NCBI GenBank assembly: GCA_038153405.1
Contig: JAYOYH010000069.1
Span: forward strand, 1 to 19,861
Length of the DNA: 19,861 nt
Direction: 5' to 3'
Source of the DNA: Gemmatimonadota bacterium
GTDB taxonomy: Bacteria; Latescibacterota; UBA2968; UBA8231
Under the pieces are notes generated by a model that was not told the origin of the DNA, did not search any database, and was given only the letters and a program-made list of their open reading frames with translations. Shown here one piece after another: positions 9,113-16,314 of the stretch (the first letter of the stretch is position 1; each line of letters opens with the position of its first letter). Both the position numbers and the translations under genes were made by a program.

Positions 9113-9139
9113 TCACCTTTTTAGGCAAAGCGCCGATAA
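9113..9139 (+). promoter_or_regulatory. Putative sigma28 (FliA/SigD) promoter for fliG
   Basis: TCACCTTT - 11 nt - GCCGATAA compared with consensus TAAAGTTT-N11-GCCGATAA: the -10 is an 8/8 match and the -35 is 5/8. It ends 39 nt before the fliG ATG. Confidence 0.45.
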
Positions 9140-9178
9140 AGAAGAGTAGTCCTATTCACGGTTGAAGAGGCAGTCGCC

Positions 9179-10216
9179 ATGGCCCGGAACGACGAAGACA
9201 ACGCACACGAAGAAGAAGAAGGTAATGAGATACCTCTTCCGCAGAAGGTCGCCATCGTTATGGTTGCCTTGGGCGAAGAAGTGTCGGGCGAAGTCTTGAA
9301 ACATCTGCACGATTACGAAATCGAAGAAATCACCCAAGCCATTGCTGGCTTAAAAAGCATTTCCGTCGAATTGATGGACCGCGTTCTCGAGGAGTTTGAG
9401 CAGCACTTACTCGCAGGCGAATGGGTAAGCCAAGGCGGCGTCGACTTTGCGCGTTCGGCCCTTGAACGGGCCGTTGGCCCGCGCCGAGCACAGGAAATCT
9501 TGGAACGCGTCACCACCAAAGTTTCCTCCGGTTTCTACATGCTCAAGAACGTCGCGCCGGACCAGATCGCCCCCTTTATCAGCCACGAACACCCGCAGAC
9601 CATTGCCCTCATACTCTCACAGCTTGAGGCGGCACAGGCCTCTGGTATTCTGGCTCAACTTCCCGAGCGCCTGCAGGCCGATGTGGCCTATCGCATTGCT
9701 ACAATGGAAAATATTACGCCCAACGTCATCAAGCAGATTGAAGAAAGTTTGGAATCTTCCCTGCGCGATATCCTCGGTGGCAACCAAGACGTGGGGGGGC
9801 CCAAAGTCGTGGCCGACATTCTCAACTTGACCGGTTCTTCGGTCGAGAAAAACGTGCTCGACCAGATGGACGCACAGGATCCCGAAGTGGCCGAGTCGGT
9901 TCGCAATCTGATGTTTGTCTTCGGCGATATCGCCAAGCTCACCGACCGCGAGATTCAGACGCTGATGCGCGAAGTCGACCAAAAGGACCTCGTCGTCGCG
10001 CTGAAGTCTGCCAGCGACGAACTCAAGGATAAGGTGCTCAACAATATGTCCGAACGCGTGCGCACCTTCATAACCGAGGAAATGGAGTTTCTCGGCCCCA
10101 TGCGACTGAGCGAGGTCGAAGAGGTTCAGCTGCGCATCGTCCAGCAGGTCCGCCAGCTTGAAGAGCAGGGCCAGATCACCATCGTGCGCGGTGATGCCGA
10201 CGATCAGTTCGTGTAG
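9179..10216 (+). CDS. fliG: Flagellar motor switch protein FliG (full length, isolated from other flagellar genes)
   Basis: QKVAIVMVALG (N domain), EHPQTIALILS (middle domain), GG linker, MFVF motif and NMSERVRTFITEEMEFLGPMRLSEVE (torque helix). Confidence 0.95.
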   Translation: MARNDEDNAHEEEEGNEIPLPQKVAIVMVALGEEVSGEVLKHLHDYEIEEITQAIAGLKSISVELMDRVLEEFEQHLLAGEWVSQGGVDFARSALERAVGPRRAQEILERVTTKVSSGFYMLKNVAPDQIAPFISHEHPQTIALILSQLEAAQASGILAQLPERLQADVAYRIATMENITPNVIKQIEESLESSLRDILGGNQDVGGPKVVADILNLTGSSVEKNVLDQMDAQDPEVAESVRNLMFVFGDIAKLTDREIQTLMREVDQKDLVVALKSASDELKDKVLNNMSERVRTFITEEMEFLGPMRLSEVEEVQLRIVQQVRQLEEQGQITIVRGDADDQFV

Positions 10217-10235
10217 ATTGACCCATCTAACGAGA

Positions 10236-10277
10236 AAATGCCTCGGTCAAGAGCCTTGCGCAGACCGAGAGGCGTTT
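10236..10277 (+). terminator. Possible hairpin/terminator after fliG
   Basis: AAATGC-CTCGGTC / GACCGAG-ag-GCGTTT imperfect stem with a 14-nt loop. The U-tract is weak. Confidence 0.3.
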
Positions 10278-10307
10278 CGCTCAAAGCAGCGCATGATTTC
10301 TTTTAAC

Positions 10308-10336
10308 TTGAAAAAAACACCCCTTTAGATTATTTT
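10308..10336 (+). promoter_or_regulatory. Putative sigma70 promoter for the small ORF at 10383
   Basis: TTGAAA (10308-10313) - 17 nt - TATTTT (10331-10336) in an AT-rich patch. Confidence 0.45.
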
Positions 10337-10382
10337 ATTGCGCCTAATTTATGCATTTCTGAGCAAATGGCTGCTAAGTGAT

Positions 10383-10592
10383 ATGAAAGAAGAGCTCTCC
10401 GACAGCACGATGGAAGCCCTGTATGGGACCGTCCAAAAGGCACCGTCGTCGCCCGCACCAAAGAGCCCGTCAACGCGACGGCACCACCGCAAAGCCAAGC
10501 CCTTTGCCAATCAGTCGCCACTGAAACCCTATCTTCTCGTCGGCGCGGTTTCTCTCGTCATCGTGCTGGCCATCTTTGTTATTTCTAAATAA
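10383..10592 (+). CDS. Hypothetical 69-aa tail-anchored membrane protein
   Basis: Acidic N-terminus, Pro/Ser/basic linker and a single C-terminal TM (YLLVGAVSLVIVLAIFVI). Has an upstream promoter-like element and stops 12 nt before the convergent gene. Confidence 0.6.
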   Translation: MKEELSDSTMEALYGTVQKAPSSPAPKSPSTRRHHRKAKPFANQSPLKPYLLVGAVSLVIVLAIFVISK

Positions 10593-10604
10593 ATCGCGCT
10601 TACA

Positions 10605-11447
10605 CTAGCTAAAAAACGGGTTATTCAGCCGCTCCTCGCCCACCGTTGTGGCAGGTCCATGCCCGGGTAAAAGGACGGTTTGCCCATCTAGGCTCAGCAG
10701 GTGTTGGGCGACGGCCCGGCGCTGCTTGTCGTAGTTTTCTCTGCTGCGCGTTCCCCCTAGCGAACCGGCAAAGAGCGCGTCGCCGACCAGGGCGAGACCG
10801 TGCCCGACAAGCGAAAGGCCGCCCGGCGTGTGCCCACCGGTTGCACAGACGGCAAACGACAGCGAACCCACCGCTACCCGGTCTCCCTCCGCGATCGTCG
10901 CATCAACCCGCTCGGACAGCGCGCCCAGCATGGAGCGATCTTCGGCGCTGATATACACGCTGGCCTTGGTCGCATCCTGCACTTCGGCTAATGCCCCGAT
11001 GTGGTCGTGGTGACCGTGGGTCAGGATAATTTGCTCAATTTGTAGGGACGCGCGCGCGGCGGTGGCCATTATCTGCACCCCGTCAAAACCTGGGTCGACG
11101 CAGAGGGCCCGTCCCGTGCGACGACAGCTGATGATATAGCCGTTCATTAAAAATGAAGTGCCCAACACCATCATTTCTACACCGATTTCGCCATGCGATG
11201 CGCCGGCGGGTTGCTTGGGAAAGAAACCGCGCTGGGCGCTCGTCAGCAACTTCGGTCCGTCGAGAGCGAGCGCTTCGGCGATCTTGGCAATCCCCGAGGC
11301 GTCCGGAGTCCATTCACAGCGCTCTAGGCGTTGCCAGTCCGCTTCATCGACTCCCGTGGCCCGGCATAAGCCCTCCACCTCCATCTGCTGTCCCCGCCGC
11401 GCCTTGGCTACGATATCGCCCAATTCATCCTCTAGCGAGTCATACAT
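10605..11447 (-). CDS. MBL-fold metallo-hydrolase (glyoxalase II-like) with an N-terminal XRE/Cro-like HTH domain
   Basis: VDPG, THGHHDHIG, GGHTPGG, VGDALFAGS, PGHGP and EERLNNPF. The N-terminus LGDIVAKARRGQQM...LCRATGV...WQRLERCEWTP is XRE-like. RBS AGGAG. Confidence 0.9.
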   Translation of the reverse strand: MYDSLEDELGDIVAKARRGQQMEVEGLCRATGVDEADWQRLERCEWTPDASGIAKIAEALALDGPKLLTSAQRGFFPKQPAGASHGEIGVEMMVLGTSFLMNGYIISCRRTGRALCVDPGFDGVQIMATAARASLQIEQIILTHGHHDHIGALAEVQDATKASVYISAEDRSMLGALSERVDATIAEGDRVAVGSLSFAVCATGGHTPGGLSLVGHGLALVGDALFAGSLGGTRSRENYDKQRRAVAQHLLSLDGQTVLLPGHGPATTVGEERLNNPFFS

Positions 11448-11460
11448 TTTTTTCTCCTGA

Positions 11461-12102
11461 TTATTCTGGGCGCACGCCTTTGATAAACGATGAAAAGCTC
11501 TCCTCCCACTGCTGAACAGTGCCCTCTGGCCCGGTCAGCTTAAAAAAGAAAGGGCCCTTAGCCGACTCTACGATGGCTCCCAACATCCGATAGTTTTCCT
11601 GCGGTTCTCCGCTTCCTCCAGCCATTGGCCCTACCGAGTAAATGCCCGACAGATCGACTAAGCTGATCTTCATTCCAGCTACCTCTTCGTTCCAAAGCCG
11701 GGCCTTAGACCGCGAATCGCCGCCATCGGCCTGCTGAAACTGGCCAATCCAGCGATCGATATTGGCCTGCACGCTCCCCCCCTGGCCAGGACCAAAATGG
11801 AAGACGGCCAGCGTGGCCGATCCGCTACTAGCAGGCAGCTCGTACTCGGCTACCCGCATGGAGCTGGATGGCGTTGCAACGCGCCATCCAGCAGGCAGAG
11901 GAACGGTAATGCCGCCCAAACTCGCCCGATCGCCCTCGACCATCGGCGCAGCCGGCGGCCGTCTCGACGGCCCCCCAACCGCCGTCAGCTCTTTTGCCCG
12001 CAGCGCCTCTTCCACTCCCTCCTCGCTGAAATTCTGAGCACACGATGTCAGCACGGCAATACCCCACGAGGCAGCAATGACCTTCACAGCGAGCATGTTC
12101 AT
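11461..12102 (-). CDS. Uncharacterised lipoprotein
   Basis: ATG 12102 overlaps the pduO stop (ATGA). Lipobox-like VLTSC at Cys21. Conserved-looking motifs SMRVAEY, GQGGSVQANIDRWIGQF and GPFFFKLTGP. Confidence 0.75.
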   Translation of the reverse strand: MNMLAVKVIAASWGIAVLTSCAQNFSEEGVEEALRAKELTAVGGPSRRPPAAPMVEGDRASLGGITVPLPAGWRVATPSSSMRVAEYELPASSGSATLAVFHFGPGQGGSVQANIDRWIGQFQQADGGDSRSKARLWNEEVAGMKISLVDLSGIYSVGPMAGGSGEPQENYRMLGAIVESAKGPFFFKLTGPEGTVQQWEESFSSFIKGVRPE

Positions 12103-12686
12103 GCTTCTCTCCCTTCCAAACCACCTCCCGGCACCCATAGCACATCGGCTTTGCCGCCGTCGTTAGCCCGGCGCGCGAGCACGAAGAGTAGGTCGGAGAG
12201 ACGGTTTAAGTAAATGGCGACTTGCTCATTTAAATCCGCCCCCTGGGCCAGGGTCCACACCCGCCGCTCGGCCCGGCGACACACCGTGCGCGCCAGATGC
12301 AGTTGGGCCGATAGCGGACTCCCTCCGGGCAAGACAAAGCTGTGCAAGTTTTCGAGCGCGGCATTGTAGCGATCGATGGATTTCTCTATGAAGCCAACCT
12401 GCTCCGGGGTGATGGCCAATCGTCCTTCCGCGCTGCTGCCTTTGCCCAGCGGCCAGCACAGATCGGCGCCCAAATCGAATAGGTCATTTTGTATCTTGCC
12501 GATTAAATCGGATAGATCAGCATCTGCTTCGGCATGGCACCGCGCGATCCCGAGCAGTGCGTTGAGCTCGTCGACCTCCCCATAGGCTTCGACGCGCGGA
12601 TCAAACTTTTCCACCTGCGAATTATCGCCGAGCCGCGTTTTTCCCCCATCCCCCGTCTTGGTGTAAATCCTCGTCAAAGATACCAT
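12099..12686 (-). CDS. pduO: ATP:cob(I)alamin adenosyltransferase, PduO type
   Basis: TRIYTKTGDGGKT, AYGEVDELNA, IQNDLFDLGADL, FVLPGG, ARTVCRRAER and YLNRLSDLLF. Start moved to ATG 12686 (RBS AAGAGG). Confidence 0.95.
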   Translation of the reverse strand: MVSLTRIYTKTGDGGKTRLGDNSQVEKFDPRVEAYGEVDELNALLGIARCHAEADADLSDLIGKIQNDLFDLGADLCWPLGKGSSAEGRLAITPEQVGFIEKSIDRYNAALENLHSFVLPGGSPLSAQLHLARTVCRRAERRVWTLAQGADLNEQVAIYLNRLSDLLFVLARRANDGGKADVLWVPGGGLEGREA

Positions 12687-12708
12687 GAACTTCCTCTTGG
12701 ATATGGCG

Positions 12709-13287
12709 TTAATGACCTGCGCGCTGTCGGTAGAGGCGCGATTCGACCACCGCCGCCATAAGCGCGGGATCACCGGTCAGATCAGCAAATTGGGCCAGTT
12801 GGAGGCAGGATTCCAACGGGTGCTCTACAGTGCCCTTATAATCGAGATAGAGGATATCTATATTCGCCTGCTGAGCAAGCCACTCCTCGACCTGCTCTAG
12901 ATGCCGGCGCATCGCTCCAGCCAGCGACGCGCCATCGTCGCCAATGCCCTTGCCCATCCTGGCCAGCATGCACTCCTGCGACCGTCCAATCTCGTCCACG
13001 TCGCGGCGCATAAACACAATTCGGTAGCGTAGATTGGCCGGCAAATAGCGCAGCAACGGCGATACGACTTTAACGGCTTTGCCGATGGCTTGGGGAACCC
13101 AGCTGTTGTCGGAGTGAATACCCCTTGCCAACTCGTGCTCAAAGTAGCCGACTGGATTATCGTCATCGGCAGCGCGCACGCCGTCGACAAACAGCTCCAT
13201 TCCCCCCGCTCTCAGCAGGGCCATCGCCATGGAGGTTCCCGATCTGGGCAGGCCCGAAACAATGAAGACCGATCGATCTCGATCCAT
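12709..13287 (-). CDS. Sulfotransferase-family (PAPS-binding P-loop) protein
   Basis: 5'-PSB-like IVSGLPRSGTS, NPVGYFE, 3'-PB-like IVFMRRDVDEIGRSQ and LYLDY. Confidence 0.82.
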   Translation of the reverse strand: MDRDRSVFIVSGLPRSGTSMAMALLRAGGMELFVDGVRAADDDNPVGYFEHELARGIHSDNSWVPQAIGKAVKVVSPLLRYLPANLRYRIVFMRRDVDEIGRSQECMLARMGKGIGDDGASLAGAMRRHLEQVEEWLAQQANIDILYLDYKGTVEHPLESCLQLAQFADLTGDPALMAAVVESRLYRQRAGH

Positions 13288-13293
13288 CGCGCT

Positions 13294-14313
13294 CTATACT
13301 CCCAAATCGCGGCGCCGACTGAGCAGATAGAGAAAAAATGGACAGCCCAGCAGGGACGTAATTATGCCAATGGGCAATTCGGCCGGGGCGATGACAATAC
13401 GCGCTAGCAAATCGGCATTGACCAACAGCAGCGCACCGCCCAGCATCGAAGCGGGCAACAGCAGCCGATGGTCGGGCCCCACCCATAACCGCATAACGTG
13501 AGGCACTACGAGTCCGACAAAACCAATGATGCCGCTCACGGCCACGGCCGAAGCAGCCACCAGCGAAGCGCCGACTAGCAGCAGGCGCTTGCTGCGCTCG
13601 ACGTCGACTCCCATGTACAGGGCGTTCTCCTCCCCCTGTATCAGCATATTCAAATCCCGTGCCATCCACTGTAAAAACAGCGCGCCAACGACAATCTGCG
13701 GCCAAGCGATGTGGACGTGCTCCCAGCGCCGCGAGGCCAGGCTTCCCATCAGCCAAAACAACATGCGCTGCGTATCAAAAAGGTCATCGCGCCCAGCAAC
13801 CATAATGTATGAGGTCAGCGCCGAAGCTAGGGCTCCCAGGGCAACGCCCGTCAGCAAAACCATCATCACCGGTAGTCGCCCAGTGCGCTGCGATACCAGG
13901 TAGACCAGTGCGGTTACTAGCAGCGCGCCGAAAAAGGCCATCAAGCCAACGCCGCTCAGTCCGTACAACCAAAAGTCCAACCCCAAGCCGATAGCCATCG
14001 TCGCCCCAAGTCCGGCGCCAGAGGAAACGCCTACGATATAGGGGTCGGCCATGGGGTTCTGAAAAAAGCCCTGCATGACGGCCCCGCTCTGAGCCAGAGC
14101 CGCCCCGACTAACAGGGCCAACACCACGCGTGGCATGCGTATATCAAATAGAATGGCAACGGGAGTCTCTTCGGCGCGCACGCCGCCGACTAAAATGCCA
14201 ATAGCCTCATCGAGGGGAATATCCACCGGCCCGGTGCACAGTGAAACCAGCGAGCTCAGGGCGAGCGCGACAGCGAGCAGGCCAATAACCATTCCCTTTT
14301 TTGCCGATCTCAT
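13294..14313 (-). CDS. btuC: Cobalamin/iron-chelate ABC transporter permease (BtuC/FecCD family)
   Basis: IRMPRVVLA, QGFFQNPMADPYIVGVSSGA, FWLMGSL, GEENALYMGV, GIIGFVGLVVPH and ELPIG. B12 specificity is inferred from the riboswitch and pduO. Confidence 0.88.
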   Translation of the reverse strand: MRSAKKGMVIGLLAVALALSSLVSLCTGPVDIPLDEAIGILVGGVRAEETPVAILFDIRMPRVVLALLVGAALAQSGAVMQGFFQNPMADPYIVGVSSGAGLGATMAIGLGLDFWLYGLSGVGLMAFFGALLVTALVYLVSQRTGRLPVMMVLLTGVALGALASALTSYIMVAGRDDLFDTQRMLFWLMGSLASRRWEHVHIAWPQIVVGALFLQWMARDLNMLIQGEENALYMGVDVERSKRLLLVGASLVAASAVAVSGIIGFVGLVVPHVMRLWVGPDHRLLLPASMLGGALLLVNADLLARIVIAPAELPIGIITSLLGCPFFLYLLSRRRDLGV

Positions 14314-15212
14314 TTTTTTTCACCGCGCTCGGGATGCATGCAATCGGCGATGTACTCCAGCGCATCGACCAAGCGCGGTCCCGGCCGCAGCAACAAATCT
14401 CCGTCGACAAAGTAGACGCGGTTTTGCCGGACGGCGGGAACCAGCTTCCAGCCATCGGTCTGCTGCAGCCGCATCACCTCGGCTTCGAGGTTCTGGCGGC
14501 CGCCGGGCACGTGCGTGGTAAACAGGATGTCGGGAGCCCACATGACAATCGTTTCGAGGCTGACCTGAGGCCAGGCCCCTTCGGCCCGGCGTCCCATATT
14601 CTCTCCTCCGGCTGCACTAAATACATCGTCGATCATCGTCTGGGCCCCAGCCGTGTAAATGGGGTCTCCCCAGAAACCCCACAGCGCCTTCGGGCGCGAC
14701 GATGCTTCTCCGACCTGACTGCGCACCGCTCCAATGCGCACGTCAAGCGAGTCGGCCAGCCGTTCCGCCCGCTCGTCCACTCCGAGTAACTTGCCCAAGC
14801 GACGCAGCGCAGTGCCGACCTGATCAAGGGACTGGATATCGAGCGAGAAAACGGGTATACCCAACTGGCGCAGCGAGCGCAGGCTCTCCATATCGTTGCC
14901 GCGTATCGCGAGCACGAGGTCTGGCCGCGCCATCGCCATTTTTTCTAGATTGACCGTATTGAAGCCGGCTACCCGAGCAACGCTCGTGGCTGCAGGCGGG
15001 TAGTTACAGTACTCCGTTACCCCAACCAGATAATGGCCAACGCCCAGTGCGTAGAGCAATTCCGTATTGCTCGGGGCTAGCGATACCAAGCGCTGGGGTA
15101 TGGCTTCGAGATCAAACACCTCGCCTAGGTCGTCGCGCACCTCAACCGCAAGGGCCGTACGTGCCTCCCCCTGCATAACGAGAGCAAACAGCACCGCATA
15201 TACCCACTTCAT
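14310..15212 (-). CDS. btuF: Cobalamin-binding periplasmic ABC substrate-binding protein (BtuF-like)
   Basis: Signal peptide, PQRLVSLAPSNTELLYALG, VGVTEYCNYP, AVRQNRVY and LLRPGPRL. ATG 15212 follows AGGAG by 6 nt; ATGA overlap with the permease gene. Confidence 0.88.
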   Translation of the reverse strand: MKWVYAVLFALVMQGEARTALAVEVRDDLGEVFDLEAIPQRLVSLAPSNTELLYALGVGHYLVGVTEYCNYPPAATSVARVAGFNTVNLEKMAMARPDLVLAIRGNDMESLRSLRQLGIPVFSLDIQSLDQVGTALRRLGKLLGVDERAERLADSLDVRIGAVRSQVGEASSRPKALWGFWGDPIYTAGAQTMIDDVFSAAGGENMGRRAEGAWPQVSLETIVMWAPDILFTTHVPGGRQNLEAEVMRLQQTDGWKLVPAVRQNRVYFVDGDLLLRPGPRLVDALEYIADCMHPERGEKK

Positions 15213-15221
15213 GGCCAACTC

Positions 15222-16031
15222 CTATCTCACCCGGCGCAGCGAACGGGCTTTAGCCGACACCGGAACGACCCAAAGCGAACCCTCACTGCTGTATTCTACG
15301 CGTATATCCATACCGTAGACTCGACTCAGTAACTCGCCCTTTATTACCTCCTCAGGCGCCCCCATCGCACAGATGGCCCCGTCGCACATGACAACTATGC
15401 GCCGGCAGTACTCAGCGGCCAAGTTCAGATCGTGCATAGAGCACAGTAGCGTCAGCCCTTCTTCCTTGTTTAGCCGGTAGAGCAAGTCGAAGACTTCGAC
15501 CTGATGGTTGATATCCAAATGATTGCTCGGCTCGTCCAGCAGCAGGACGCGAGGCGTCTGTGCCAGAGCCCGCGCAATGACGACCCGCTGGCGTTCTCCT
15601 CCCGATAGTTCGAGCACTGAGCGATCGGCGAAGGCATACACATCGGCCAATTTGAGGGCCGAATCGACGATGCGCCAATCCGCCGCGCTCAACCCGCGCA
15701 TGGGGCGCAAATGAGGATGGCGCCCCATGGCGACCAGTTCGCGCACAGTAAAGGAAAAGACGACGTGGGCATCTTGCGGCACCACGCCCAGAAATTGCGC
15801 AATGTCGCGGCGGCGCAACTCCGCGGCCGGTCGCCCGCGATAGAGGAGATCGCCCTCGCGCAGGGCAAGCGCCCCGGCCAAGCAGCGAATCAGCGTGCTT
15901 TTACCGCTTCCGTTGGGACCGATCAGCCCGACGAAATCGCCGCTGCTAAGCTGAAGGTCGACCCCGCTAAAAACGGCATCTCCCCCAGGGTAACCCGCAC
16001 TGGCACGGCGCAGTTCGATTAGATGAGCCAT
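15222..16031 (-). CDS. btuD: Cobalamin/iron-chelate ABC transporter ATP-binding protein (BtuD/FepC-like)
   Basis: Walker A GPNGSGKST, Q-loop VPQ, signature LSGGERQR, Walker B LLLDEP and H-loop SMHD. Start ATG 16031, because the longer ORF-track start lies inside the riboswitch. Confidence 0.88.
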   Translation of the reverse strand: MAHLIELRRASAGYPGGDAVFSGVDLQLSSGDFVGLIGPNGSGKSTLIRCLAGALALREGDLLYRGRPAAELRRRDIAQFLGVVPQDAHVVFSFTVRELVAMGRHPHLRPMRGLSAADWRIVDSALKLADVYAFADRSVLELSGGERQRVVIARALAQTPRVLLLDEPSNHLDINHQVEVFDLLYRLNKEEGLTLLCSMHDLNLAAEYCRRIVVMCDGAICAMGAPEEVIKGELLSRVYGMDIRVEYSSEGSLWVVPVSAKARSLRRVR

Positions 16032-16059
16032 AAAAAAACCGACCTCTTGCGAGATCGGT
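16032..16059 (-). terminator. Riboswitch expression platform: intrinsic terminator hairpin that also covers the SD
   Basis: Minus strand ACCGATCTC-GCAA-GAGGTCGGT-TTTTTT followed directly by ATG. GNRA loop, one G-U pair. Confidence 0.8.
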
Positions 16060-16085
16060 GGTAAGGTCCCCCCGAAGGACATCTC

Positions 16086-16269
16086 AAGCCTCTCCCGCGA
16101 AGGCCTGATAGACAAATGGGAGGCAGGCAGGTCTCCTGGCTTGCAATCGCGCGCTGCATCTCCCATTCAAGCCGGGTCAACTAGATACATCGGATTGCTC
16201 ACAGTGGCGGGGCCGCGGCGGTTTTTCACCGCCTTCCCTATTCTCCGGCAGTGCCGGCACCTGCTCCCC
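16086..16269 (-). ncRNA. Cobalamin (B12) riboswitch
   Basis: Minus strand GCAGGTGCC...AATAGGGAA, GGCGGTGAAAAACCGCC (T-loop arm), GCGGCCCCGCCACTGT, B12 box AAGCCAGGAGACCTGCC, closing stem GGGAGCAGG/CCTGCCTCCC and a P13-like hairpin with a GCGGGA loop. It lies upstream of btu and pduO genes. Confidence 0.95.
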
Positions 16270-16285
16270 TAACACGCTTTCCGTC

Positions 16286-16314
16286 AATATAGGCGGCGCG
16301 CAAGCACCGGTCAA
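16286..16314 (-). promoter_or_regulatory. Putative sigma70 promoter for the riboswitch-led operon
   Basis: Minus strand TTGACC (16314-16309, overlapping the upstream stop codon) - 17 nt - TATATT (16291-16286). This places +1 about 10 nt before the riboswitch. Confidence 0.7.

Noticed and set aside
12687..12773. Longer pduO start
   Set aside because: It overlaps the sulfotransferase gene. The family motif begins at MVSLTRIYT, which has its own RBS.
13294..16031. Iron-siderophore or heme transporter interpretation of the ABC system
   Set aside because: The family is the same, but the cobalamin riboswitch and pduO favour corrinoid uptake. No Fur-box-like site was noticed.
16032..16166. N-terminal extension of the ABC ATPase, or a leader peptide
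   Set aside because: It is an open frame running through the riboswitch B12 box and terminator. The ABC domain begins at ATG 16031.
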